DNA from: Ignavibacteriota bacterium
Lineage (GTDB): Bacteria; Bacteroidota; Ignavibacteria; UBA10030; CAVZMI01
Direction: 5' to 3'
NCBI GenBank assembly: GCA_963776275.1
Contig: CAVZMI010000020.1
Span: forward strand, 192,001 to 256,000
Length of the DNA stretch: 64,000 nucleotides
Below are positions 23,672-34,300 of this stretch, one piece after another (positions within the stretch are counted from its first letter, which is position 1; every line of letters starts with the position of its first letter). The notes beneath the pieces are model-generated. The model did not search any database, was not told where the DNA came from, and saw only the letters and a program-made list of their open reading frames with translations. The translations under genes were made by a program, and so were the position numbers.

Positions 23672-23879
23672 TTCAGTATACTAAGAAGTTGCTAGAATAC
23701 TGGGATATCCGGCCTTGCTGGTTCAAGGACATCCAAGGGAATTACGATTTTGAACCAATACCAATTAATCGATAGTACCTCCGTGGATTTCTTTCGTAGC
23801 ATGGAATTGACGAAATATACAACATAATTGTAACAATTTCTCGCATTAATTTCAAGGTTTTCTTATATTTCAATACCCT

Positions 23880-25268
23880 ATGAAAGTGTACCGATACATA
23901 CTGCGTGCCCATGCCGGCCCATTTATTTTCTCTTTTGGTACCCTGATGTTTATTTTTCTCCTTCAATTTTTAGTCAAGGGGCTTGATCAACTTGTCGGGA
24001 AAGGCCTTGGGGCCTGGGTAATTACAGAGTTGATCGTGTTGAATCTGGCCTGGATGGTGGTTCTTGCCGTGCCCATGTCAGTGCTTATCTCAACGTTGAT
24101 GGCCTTTGGCAGTTTATCTTCGACCCATGAGATCACGGCCATGAAAGCTGCAGGGGTTAGTATTTATAGAATGGCCTTTCCGGTTATGATCGCAGCTATC
24201 GTTATTACCATTCTATTGTTCGAATTCGACAATAAGATACTCCCCGAGGCAAACCATAGGGCCCGGGTTTTACGATCAGATATAGAGCGAAAAAAACCGA
24301 CATTCGGAATCACTCCCGGATTATTCACACAGTCCGTCCCCGGATATAGCATACTGGTAAAAAAGACATTCGAGCATTCCAATGATCTCGAAGGAATTAC
24401 AATTTATGATTATACACGGCCTAATTCGAATGTCGTTGTTACTGCAACAACCGGGATTCTTTCATTCTCGCCCGACTATCGGAAACTCATCATGGATTTG
24501 CGGGATGGAGAAATTCACGAGCTGGATCTGACCGATTATAAGCAGTACCGCCGTATATTATTTAACAAGCACCGGATTGTGATGAACGTCGAAGGATATA
24601 GTTTTACACGCACCAAAGCAGATGAAGAAAAAAATATCAGACGAGGCGACCGGGAACTCAGCGCCGGGGCCATGCGCGGCATAGCCGACAGTGTTCAGAG
24701 AATTGTCGATCAGTTGAATGATCATATCAAACAGGGAGTAGATCAACAGGTCGATCAGATGCTGGATAGTGCAACACATTCCAACGAACCATTTTTACCG
24801 GGAGACTCGCATGTACGCGCTTCGACAAAAATCCGGATACTTGAATCCACAGTTCAAAACAATACCTTCATCATCGAAAACAGTTATCGTCATATGATTG
24901 ATAGTTACTGGGTTGAAATTCATAAAAAATATTCGATTCCATTTGCATGCATTGTATTTGTTCTTATCGGCGTTCCCCTTGGAATCATGGTCAGGCGGGG
25001 CGGATTTGGAGTTGCTTGTGGATTAAGTTTGGGCTTTTTCGTTCTGTACTGGGTATGCCTCATCGGCGGAGAAAAACTTGCCGATCGCGATCTGGTATCT
25101 CCGATGGTCGGGATGTGGATTGCTAATGTTCTTATCGGGGTACTCGGAATTTTCCTTGTTTTTCGGTCGCTCCATGAAAACCAGCTTATCGATTGGAGTT
25201 TCTTTTCAAGATTTCTTCCTCGTCGATTCCGCATTGAATCCACTGAAACAAACCCGAGAAATGAATGA
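23880..25268 (+). CDS. lptF: LPS export ABC transporter permease LptF
   Basis: LVGKGL, LAVPMSVL...E.TAMKAAGVS, EIHKKYSIPFAC.VF.LIG.PLG. Confidence 0.85.
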   Translation: MKVYRYILRAHAGPFIFSFGTLMFIFLLQFLVKGLDQLVGKGLGAWVITELIVLNLAWMVVLAVPMSVLISTLMAFGSLSSTHEITAMKAAGVSIYRMAFPVMIAAIVITILLFEFDNKILPEANHRARVLRSDIERKKPTFGITPGLFTQSVPGYSILVKKTFEHSNDLEGITIYDYTRPNSNVVVTATTGILSFSPDYRKLIMDLRDGEIHELDLTDYKQYRRILFNKHRIVMNVEGYSFTRTKADEEKNIRRGDRELSAGAMRGIADSVQRIVDQLNDHIKQGVDQQVDQMLDSATHSNEPFLPGDSHVRASTKIRILESTVQNNTFIIENSYRHMIDSYWVEIHKKYSIPFACIVFVLIGVPLGIMVRRGGFGVACGLSLGFFVLYWVCLIGGEKLADRDLVSPMVGMWIANVLIGVLGIFLVFRSLHENQLIDWSFFSRFLPRRFRIESTETNPRNE

Positions 25269-26350
25269 AACGAATCGATGGATATATCATACGGCAATTC
25301 ATTGGCACGGTGCTTTTCGCGCTTCTCGCCTTCATTATTCTTTTCATCATCATCGATTTGATGGAGCACCTCGATGATTTCCTCGACAGCAAAGTCCCTG
25401 AACCTGTCATTGTTGAATATTATATCTATTTCATGCCCGAGATTGTCAAGCTGGTTACTCCCATCGCAATGCTTCTTGCCTGTCTCTTTACAACCGGCCG
25501 GATGTCTACATCGAATGAAATTACTGTTCTCAAAGCCAGCGGGATGAGCCTTTATCGATTCATGCTCCCGTTTCTTATCGTAGCGTTTTTAATAAGTGCG
25601 GGATCGATTTATTTTAACGGATGGATTGTCCCAAATGTAAACAAGAAAAAAATTTTTATCGAGCGCGTTTATTTGGGATGGTACGGCGAGCGGTACGGCC
25701 GGGATAATATTTACTTTCAGGATTCACAAACACGCATCGTGAGTATCGAGACTTTCGACAATCAGCGAAAAATTGCATGGAAAATCAGTATCCAGGATTT
25801 CAGCGATACAAATGCTACCGTTCTTACCTCCCGGTACGACTCACGACAGATGAACTGGGACAGCACCCAGCGCGCATGGATTCTTTTTGAAGGGACATAT
25901 CGAACGTTTACGCCAGCGCATGAATCAATTTCTCCTTTTGGTTCGCTTGTATTCCGTTCGCTTCGATTCACTCCGGAAGACGTCACAAAAAAAATCGAAC
26001 GGCCGGATGAAATGGGATATCGCGAAATGGGGGACTTCATCCAGAAGCAGCAGGAAAGCGGGAATGACGTAGCCCGGTGGCAGGTCGATTTCTACTCGAA
26101 AATCTCATTTCCTTTTGCGAGCTTTATTGTCGTTCTTTTCGGAGTGCCTTTCGCGGCAACAAAACGCCGGTCAGGCCTTGCCGTTCAGTTCGGAATCAGT
26201 ATCGGTCTTTGTTTTGTCTATCTCGCATTCATGAAAATCAGCCAGGTCTTCGGCTACAACGGCTCACTAAATCCAATGCTGACCGCTTGGCTGGCAAATA
26301 TCATCTTTATCGCCGCCGCTGTGATGAATATCATCCGTGTAAGAAAATAG
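25265..26350 (+). CDS. lptG: LPS export ABC transporter permease LptG
   Basis: MKRIDGYI, NEITVLKASGMS, KISFPFAS, AWLANIIF; tandem with lptF. Confidence 0.85.
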   Translation: MKRIDGYIIRQFIGTVLFALLAFIILFIIIDLMEHLDDFLDSKVPEPVIVEYYIYFMPEIVKLVTPIAMLLACLFTTGRMSTSNEITVLKASGMSLYRFMLPFLIVAFLISAGSIYFNGWIVPNVNKKKIFIERVYLGWYGERYGRDNIYFQDSQTRIVSIETFDNQRKIAWKISIQDFSDTNATVLTSRYDSRQMNWDSTQRAWILFEGTYRTFTPAHESISPFGSLVFRSLRFTPEDVTKKIERPDEMGYREMGDFIQKQQESGNDVARWQVDFYSKISFPFASFIVVLFGVPFAATKRRSGLAVQFGISIGLCFVYLAFMKISQVFGYNGSLNPMLTAWLANIIFIAAAVMNIIRVRK

Positions 26351-26360
26351 AAATCTATTT

Positions 26361-27287
26361 CTAAAAGCTTACGGAAATCTTCATGGTAGGCATATAAAGA
26401 ACCATTTGTGGTGTCGGCATTCTTTGCATGATCACCTCAGCGTGAATCGTGTTGTACGAATGCGCGCTCCATGCCGCATCGAGTGCACTCAGTACGTGAT
26501 TCAATACCACAATCGTCACTGCAGTACTGGCAATATTATAAAATTTGTTCGCCTCTCCCCGTTGGCCTGCGTACAATGTCAATTGTTGTGTTACCTGATC
26601 AAGGTATGTAGAAGTATTAAAATCGGTTTCATCCCATCCATGTACAAACTGCAAGTATTTCCCGATCATTTCATAATATTGCTGATCCCCATACGGCGCC
26701 AGTGAATGTGAAAAACCGCGGCCGGTACCCCGCTCCGGCTCTGTCAGGCCGATAGCCCGCTCTGTCCGGTTGAGTGCATCCCTGTCGATTCGTTCCCACG
26801 GGGGGAGAGATGTATTGGGATTAATCGAAATCGTATACATCGACGGATCAAGATCACCATTCAAAGATTTTAGATTAGCATTAATCCATTCTGCATAATA
26901 GACAGCGCTCCAGTGTTCGTCGGCGTAATTTTTAAAAAAATCCGTTTTCTCATCACCTTTATTGTTATAGATGATATTAACAGTCCAGAGTGTTGCTTCT
27001 ATCGCGATAAATAAAGCGCTTTTCCAATAGCTCTCCGAATAGAATTCACCCGCACCGGGGAGAACAGCCGAGAGTCCTGCAGCAAGGTATGGCGATTTCC
27101 GATGAATTTCTTCCTCTCCTTCTGCTGCAAGCATACCAAGTGGCCGACTGGAAATTGATAGAATGTCAGTCTGGATATCTCCACTTGTGATAAATGTATT
27201 CTCACCTCCCTGTGAATTTTTTTCCCCACCGGCGAGGAGTAATGGTGCTGCCATCACGATAAGCATGAATGCAATCGACAGTCGCAT
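26361..27287 (-). CDS. Exported hypothetical protein (DUF5683-like N-terminal motif)
   Basis: Signal peptide; KSPYLAAGLSAVLPGAGEFY motif; C-terminal Phe. Confidence 0.55.
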   Translation of the reverse strand: MRLSIAFMLIVMAAPLLLAGGEKNSQGGENTFITSGDIQTDILSISSRPLGMLAAEGEEEIHRKSPYLAAGLSAVLPGAGEFYSESYWKSALFIAIEATLWTVNIIYNNKGDEKTDFFKNYADEHWSAVYYAEWINANLKSLNGDLDPSMYTISINPNTSLPPWERIDRDALNRTERAIGLTEPERGTGRGFSHSLAPYGDQQYYEMIGKYLQFVHGWDETDFNTSTYLDQVTQQLTLYAGQRGEANKFYNIASTAVTIVVLNHVLSALDAAWSAHSYNTIHAEVIMQRMPTPQMVLYMPTMKISVSF

Positions 27288-27440
27288 TTGTACTCCTAAA
27301 AATATTATAAAACTGATGTTGCGCAGTTTACAAAAAATTGTGAATTAAAAATTATGCGCATTCTTGGGTTTTGACCCGACTTTCAACGATTTTGTCGGGC
27401 TAAATCTCACTTCATTTTTATTCATTCAGTTCCACGACCC

Positions 27441-27483
27441 TCCGCCTACTCCCCCAACTTTGTCGAGGTCGGGAGTAAGCGGA
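27441..27483. repeat. Intergenic palindrome (REP-like hairpin)
   Basis: TCCGCCTACTCCC...GGGAGTAAGCGGA, 12/13 inverted repeat; a second hairpin CCCGAC...GTCGGG at 27375-27399. Confidence 0.5.
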
Positions 27484-27541
27484 CAAGAAAGGTCACGGCA
27501 ATTTTTCTTCACTATGTAATATCAATAATAAAAGATATTTT

Positions 27542-30500
27542 TCACAACTCAAATCCAAACAGCACAGTGAAATACAATCTCCATTCTTTTCCATATGTTA
27601 CAAATTTTCGCCCTTCAATTACATCCCGGCCTTCGAATATTCGGTTAAATTGATCGAGTCCGTAGGCGGCACTTAACGATATACGTGTCGGAAAAGCGTA
27701 GAATGAAAATGATTCAAGGCGGAGTTCTGCGCCGACATCTTTTTTAAAATCTCTTAAGACGGGCATCCCTTCATCCCATGCATCACCCCAGTCGGCAAAG
27801 ATTGCCCCATAAAGTTTATCAAAATAAATCTGAAGGAACCGTGTATCGAGTGACTCTGAAATCGGAAACCGATATGTGAGATTCATAGTAGCAATTGAAT
27901 TGCCTCCCATTGCAAAAAATGAATATCCTCTCATGCCGGTTATTCCACCGGCATAGAGGTCAAAAAATTTCGGTACCGGCGGTCCGAAAATCGTTCCCCC
28001 GCGCAATCCTACCGATAGCGTATGCTTCCACCCCGGAAGTGCAAAATGACGCTTAAATTGTATTTCCGTTTTGTGAAAATAGATTTTATCATATTTGGGT
28101 GTAAGGAACCCATTGTCCACTTCATATTCGCCACTGCTGTTAAATTTGCTGAATTCATACTCATACCGCACTTTCATAACGGTTCCGACGGGACGAATTT
28201 CAGATGTTCTCGCCGGGACAATTCCATTATATTCCCATTGCAGAAAAAGGGAGTTCCCTATATAATATAACTCACTCGAGCCGCTTATAAATTGTCCCGT
28301 GAAGACATTGGTAAACCCACTAATATCGGTACCGTATCGACTATGAATATATCCAAATTTAAGAAGATGCGCATCGCTATATATTGGCTGCCGGAACGTT
28401 GCATCAAATTCGAACAGTCCGTAGGTGACATTTACAGGAATTGTTTCAGTCCCTAATTCAATTGCTGCATCGGCCTTTCGCGTGATGTTATAGAGATCCA
28501 GCGCAAGAGTCGGTGCCATACCAAGCTGGTACAGCAATGGTATTTTATCGCGATATTCAAATGAGAGATAGAGATCGCGCTCAAACCGCGTATTGATTGC
28601 CGCGCTTCCAAAAAGGCCGAACCGGTCGAGAACATCGTTTGAAGCGATATAGACTCCCGGTTTCACAATATCGATACCGGCATTCTTCGTATTATAATTA
28701 TCGAACCGGAGTACAGGAAAAAATGAAAGACTTGTAAATGTATTTTTGTACGCTAGAGGTTCAACCGCCGGAAGATTGCTATCATCGAACTCACGAAGTG
28801 ACTTCCATGGAACTGAATTTACAGAAGGATGTTTTTCAAGTGATGCAAGGAAAATATCGTGCGTGAAATACGGAAGCGCATTATCGTAGTTCACAAAGAG
28901 AAGCGCATTTGAGCGCGGCTTCGCACCCCGAGAAAAAAGAAACAACTTGAAACCATCCGATGTATAGGAGCTGTAAGCAATATCACCCGACGCGTTAACA
29001 CTCGGCATAAATGCGCCACCGAGGACATTTGTAAGCTGGCGTTGTTGACAGGTTACTCTATCGACTCCATACAGATTAAAAATCCCCGAAGAATCGGACG
29101 AAAATATGATTTCCCGGCCATCACTCGAAAACACCGGATTCCGTGCATCGTACAAGCCGACCACAATCCCCGATACTATTTGCCGGTTGCAATCGTATAT
29201 CATAATATCTTGCTTTTCTCGCTTTGCCATGCTAAATACGATTTCACGACCGTCCGGCGACCAGCGCGGAGATGAAATCTGTTCCCCGTTCGCATAGGAA
29301 GTCACAACGGTTACATTCCCGCTCTGCACGTCAACGGTTGCGAGATTCTGCGTCCCGTCACGTTCAACGACACATATCAGCGTCTGGCCATCTGGCGAGA
29401 TATCGGGGCCGCCAGCGCGGGCGCCACGCGTAATCCGACGTTCATCGCCCGTTGCGAGTGTATATTCGAAGAGATCCGAAAGATTTGAAAAGAACGTGTT
29501 TTCGCGCGTGAGTTTTGCATAATAAATTTTCGATCCATCGTGCGACCATGAGAGTTGGGACCTAACTTTTTCAGGGATTTCATCTTCGCGTTTTGTCTCG
29601 CAATCATAGATAAAAAGTGATGACGAACCGAAGTAGTCGGCTTCTTTATTTGATATATAGGCGATCTTTTTCCCATCAGGTGAAAACGCGGGAGAGAGAT
29701 TTGCAAAACCGACATCACCAATAATTTCACCTTCGACTCGCGATGTACTAATCGCTTCGGTTCTTTCACGGTACGAACGTACAAGAAGATCGCGCCACTC
29801 ATTGTAGATTTCCCGCGCCGGTTTTCCCAACGCTCGCTCAATAGCACCGTCGATCGAGGCGGCATCAAGCCGTTGAAGATTATTGGAAATTTCCCGTATC
29901 TTTTCATCACCGTATCGCTGGCCGAGATATGTAGCAAAGGCAAAGCCGGCATTATACGACGATTCATTCCCGAGGCTGGTCTTTCCGAACACAGCCATTT
30001 CATTCCATGATAACATTTTTCCGTCGAGAGCATACATGCGGAGAATCATATCACGATGAGTATCCCAGGAGTCATATCCAAATTGCGGCCGATTGTATTG
30101 AGCGGTCCCTTCGGCAAACCATGCCGGAACAACGAAACTCGAATACGGATATGACACGATGACATTGGGATATCCATACAGCACATCCGGACGCCGTTCA
30201 GATTCATAACTCAGTATCTGCAGATAAATGGCGGGAATGCGTCTGGAGAATTTTAAACTTGTTTGAATTTGAATAATATGTGTGAATTCATGGGTGACAA
30301 CATTCCTGAGCCAATTGTGCGTACCGCGCAGTTCAAAATCGAGCGCAGGTGCCCAAAATTCTATTTTATTATCGAGAAAATATGCCGCCCCATTCGAATA
30401 ATCATCGTAATCTTTTATTACCATGTCGACTTTTTGGTCGGGTTCGTGTTGGTAAAATGATGTCACAGGTTCGTAAATCTCTTCGGCGATTTTTGCCACT

Positions 30501-30655
30501 GTCCGGCCTGTCCGCTCTGCACCTTCATGGTAATGCACACGGAAGTGAGGGGTTTCTATCGTCTTCCAGACTAATTCGGGATGATTGAAATATTCCTGAG
30601 CATTCATTGCCGCGGTATATACTATGAACACTATGACAAAGAATAGACGTCGCAT
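27542..30655 (-). CDS. Outer-membrane protein: zincin-like N-domain + PD40 beta-propeller + Omp85-like barrel
   Basis: HEFTH and WFAEG motifs; repeats PAFSPDG, WSHDG, ISPDG, PRWSPDG, PVFSSDG; MRGY motif and terminal LYFTVLFGFEL strand. Confidence 0.7.
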   Translation of the reverse strand: MRRLFFVIVFIVYTAAMNAQEYFNHPELVWKTIETPHFRVHYHEGAERTGRTVAKIAEEIYEPVTSFYQHEPDQKVDMVIKDYDDYSNGAAYFLDNKIEFWAPALDFELRGTHNWLRNVVTHEFTHIIQIQTSLKFSRRIPAIYLQILSYESERRPDVLYGYPNVIVSYPYSSFVVPAWFAEGTAQYNRPQFGYDSWDTHRDMILRMYALDGKMLSWNEMAVFGKTSLGNESSYNAGFAFATYLGQRYGDEKIREISNNLQRLDAASIDGAIERALGKPAREIYNEWRDLLVRSYRERTEAISTSRVEGEIIGDVGFANLSPAFSPDGKKIAYISNKEADYFGSSSLFIYDCETKREDEIPEKVRSQLSWSHDGSKIYYAKLTRENTFFSNLSDLFEYTLATGDERRITRGARAGGPDISPDGQTLICVVERDGTQNLATVDVQSGNVTVVTSYANGEQISSPRWSPDGREIVFSMAKREKQDIMIYDCNRQIVSGIVVGLYDARNPVFSSDGREIIFSSDSSGIFNLYGVDRVTCQQRQLTNVLGGAFMPSVNASGDIAYSSYTSDGFKLFLFSRGAKPRSNALLFVNYDNALPYFTHDIFLASLEKHPSVNSVPWKSLREFDDSNLPAVEPLAYKNTFTSLSFFPVLRFDNYNTKNAGIDIVKPGVYIASNDVLDRFGLFGSAAINTRFERDLYLSFEYRDKIPLLYQLGMAPTLALDLYNITRKADAAIELGTETIPVNVTYGLFEFDATFRQPIYSDAHLLKFGYIHSRYGTDISGFTNVFTGQFISGSSELYYIGNSLFLQWEYNGIVPARTSEIRPVGTVMKVRYEYEFSKFNSSGEYEVDNGFLTPKYDKIYFHKTEIQFKRHFALPGWKHTLSVGLRGGTIFGPPVPKFFDLYAGGITGMRGYSFFAMGGNSIATMNLTYRFPISESLDTRFLQIYFDKLYGAIFADWGDAWDEGMPVLRDFKKDVGAELRLESFSFYAFPTRISLSAAYGLDQFNRIFEGRDVIEGRKFVTYGKEWRLYFTVLFGFEL

Positions 30656-30671
30656 AAACTCCGCATATTAC

Positions 30672-31319
30672 TTATAATGTTTGTTTCAGCGTGACCACCT
30701 GGCTTTGATGGAGTGTAACCTCACGAACCACCCGGCGTGTATCCAATTCAAAAATTAAATTGATTGTGTCAAAAATTAAAAAATTCCCCTCAAATATCCC
30801 CTCCTTCGAAAATCTCGGTATTATCACACCAATCGGAAAGTGAACATCTTCGATGGCGAAGTAACCGTCATTTTCGGTGGATGTTGTCACAGCACTATCG
30901 ATGAGAATCGGGTAGGAGACCAATTCTTCTCCATCAAGAGAGAAGCTGTAAAAATACAATCCGCTTCCCACATATCTCCTCTGACTATCGCGATAATCCC
31001 ACGGATAATGGATTTCTCCCGGTCCAACATCCCCTGCAAATAGCTGCCGGATCATAGTGTTGGACATATCAAAAATTTTTATCTTCACCGTTCCAGCATG
31101 AGGAACTATCAATTGCCGTGATTCTGGCAAAACTGAGTCGATGAATATATATGTATAAGCCAGCCGAATGGACACATCGCCAATACCCCGATTAAGACTG
31201 TCGACAACAGATCCTTCGATCCTGTATCCGACAATTCTTGGAGAGCCTTCATCAACTGGGAGTTCTTCACGACATCCCACCAGAGCGAAAAAATAAAGTG
31301 GAATTAAAAGTTTTCGCAT
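30672..31319 (-). CDS. Lipoprotein with FlgD Ig-like domain
   Basis: Lipobox LVGC; VKIKIFD...IRQL...WDYRD...GSGLYFY pattern. Confidence 0.6.
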   Translation of the reverse strand: MRKLLIPLYFFALVGCREELPVDEGSPRIVGYRIEGSVVDSLNRGIGDVSIRLAYTYIFIDSVLPESRQLIVPHAGTVKIKIFDMSNTMIRQLFAGDVGPGEIHYPWDYRDSQRRYVGSGLYFYSFSLDGEELVSYPILIDSAVTTSTENDGYFAIEDVHFPIGVIIPRFSKEGIFEGNFLIFDTINLIFELDTRRVVREVTLHQSQVVTLKQTL

Positions 31320-31331
31320 GACCTATTGATG

Positions 31332-34300
31332 TCATTTCACAACTGCAATCTTAATAAACACGTCTCCTGAACCCGCTGTTCCACGTGCTTCGATCTTTGC
31401 CAGATAAATGCCCGGTTGAAAAGAGGCTGTATTCCATTCAACTTCGTTATCAATACCGCCAATACCGGGTCCGGTAAATTCCGCTATCCTGTCGCCCGCA
31501 ATATCATAGATTTTGATTACAACCGATGCCGGCGCTCCGAGATAATAGCGGATATATGTCTTTCCATTATAAACCGGGTTTGGCCAGTTATAGGCACGCG
31601 ACTTCGGGAAAAATTCCGACACGGGAGGCCGGTAACTCACTGTTTCCTTCACAGCCGTTGTATTCGATTGCGTCGCATCATGGTGATAGCCGGGCCACGG
31701 CATGAGACTGTCAACATACTGAGTGTTGAACTGCCATGCATACAATGAACTGTCGCCACAGCTTACTGCCAATCCAACCTTTCCCAGAATATTAAAGAGA
31801 AATGGAGTGGTCACTACAGCGCCGCCTGCGGTAAGCGGAAATCCGGTCAGCATCTTTCCCCTTTTGTTCACCGCCGCTATTTCTCCATTTGATAATCCGA
31901 CGACAATGTCGACGCTTCCGTCTCCATCGATATCGCCGACCACCGGCGATGCGGTCATCGGTTCTCCCGATGGAAACTGCACGGGGAAATTATCGATTGC
32001 AGAACCGCCGTAGTTCATCACCAGCAGAGTGCGACCAACGGTAAGGATGATATCTTCTTTTCCATCATTATCGATATCTGCAATCGCCGGGGATGTAACG
32101 ATTGAATCCGGGACTTTCAATGAAAATCCGGATATCAGATCGCCCGAAAACGAATAGACCAGGATATCGCGTGATGATGTCACCAGTACCATTTCCCGCT
32201 TTCCATCACCGTCAACGTCTCCCGCTGCGGCAGCAACAATTTTTTTATCCTGAACCTGAATAGTGATACCGGCCGATGTTGTCGCCCTATCTTCCGCTAT
32301 TGCGACCCAAGTCGTATCGTTCTCAACGGGTCCGAGAAATGTAACAATTGGGAGATTAGAAATACTTCTGCTCTGCTTGAACGTTCCAGAAAAATCTATT
32401 ATTTCAATCCTTCCATAATCATCGCCAACAAGAAACGCTGGTGAAGCCTGTGCTTGCTTCATTCCTATAACCGCAGACTTATGCGTCACAATATTATATT
32501 CTCCTGGATGGCCCTCTGTAATGTACTGGATGGAACTGCATTTTCCTTCACCTCGTGTGAACAAAACAGCCTCCGTTGAATCGAGGCACACAAATACCTG
32601 TCTGTTCCCATAGGCCGGATCAGCAGGAATCAATGCAATACTCGTTATTGGTGATGGTGGTCTAAGAATGAGACCTGTCGAATCGCATATCCATCCCGAT
32701 ACCATTGTACTACTTGGTATATCCGAGAGCAGACTAAAGCCGTAAAGTCCACCCGATGATGGAGTAAAAATGATTGGTCTGATATTTGGTGTTCCAAAAA
32801 GCGCAACTGGTGACTGTTTCGGTTCCACTGCACCAATTTTCTTTGGGAACCCCGTAAGCGGCTGGACTCTATCATCACCTATTCGTACCCGGGCACTCAT
32901 AATTGGCCCACGCAGACTGAAACTATTCATGCTTACATGTGACGGTAAGTAGGAATTTGTAAGTGCCGGTGGATTTGTCGTTTCATCAAATCGATTTATA
33001 AAAAGTGGAGCTTTATTTCCTGCATACCAATAATCAAACAGCGTTCCATATTCACTTCCGGCGGCCGGATCGAGCATGCCGTACGATTGACCGATATCCT
33101 GTGACCCATCAGCTTCCTCAAGATCCACTCCGCGTTGCAGTGGATCATTATTAATAGTATTCGTTTCAAGACGGGCACCGATAATATTTTCATCAATATG
33201 CCATATCAACATGCCGCCATCATAGACGATATTGTTTGTATCGACCCCTCCCGGAAGACTCCAATCATAATCTTCTACATCGACAAGAACACCGCGGATT
33301 GCATTCGGATTGTCCTCGTTAAACAATGCAATGTCGGTGGTATCGCCGTTGAAGTGTTGTACAACGAGTTGTCCATTGACGATCATGGATACAAGCTGGC
33401 CATTTTTGAGTGGATCGCGATTCCGGTTTTCAATGAGATAATATTCCCGGCTGTTGATTGGGACTTTAAAAATGATGCTGTCGCTCCCATCGTGAAGTCC
33501 GACGGCATGTACACGAATCTCGGAAATTCCGGAGGGTACTTCAATTACTTTAGCCCACCCGAGGGCAATACGCTCCCACGCTGAAGGTTCGGGAGGAAAG
33601 AGTCCGCGGTAGCTGAAAAATCCTGCACCGTCCATCAATCCGAACCGGCCGATTCCAGATTGTCCATTCGATGTATTGTATAGATCGGGGAGCCCTAAAT
33701 GGCTTCCTATCATTGCGGTAAGAAGTCCATTCCAGCTGTAATTGATAAGTGTTGAAAATACGCCTTCACCGATAACAAGCCGTTCGGTTTCGGGTAGGAT
33801 GATAGATGAGGTAATGTAAGTTTTTCCCGAGTCCACAGGAATTCCTTCATACGAGTTTCCCAGGAACTTCTTTGCCGATTGGAGATTCAGGTAAAGCGAT
33901 GGAAGATCGTAGGGTAGCGGGTTTCCCTGTTCGGCAAGATTGAAGTCGCGTCCGGCTCCTGCATGAAAGATAATAAAGGTATTGTACAGCGAGAAATCAA
34001 TCTCCGGCGATAACGAATCAGCCAACCGCCATGCATCAACCATGAGTTGAGCAAGTGGTGTGTAATCGGTTCCAATGAGTTGAGGTGCATAAGCCTGCAT
34101 TTTTTTTGATACTGTAAACACCCGGTTCACGACTTCGCTCTGGACGATTAACTTTCCATTCGAGACTTTCCTGAAGTAATTTTCTGCAAATTTCAGATGA
34201 TTCAGGAAATATTGCAGGTTGTGTGGTGGTGGATCAAATAGGGTATCGGCGCTTTGCGAAATATCGAAGGCACCGTTCCCTGTAGTCCGCGAATCCGAAT

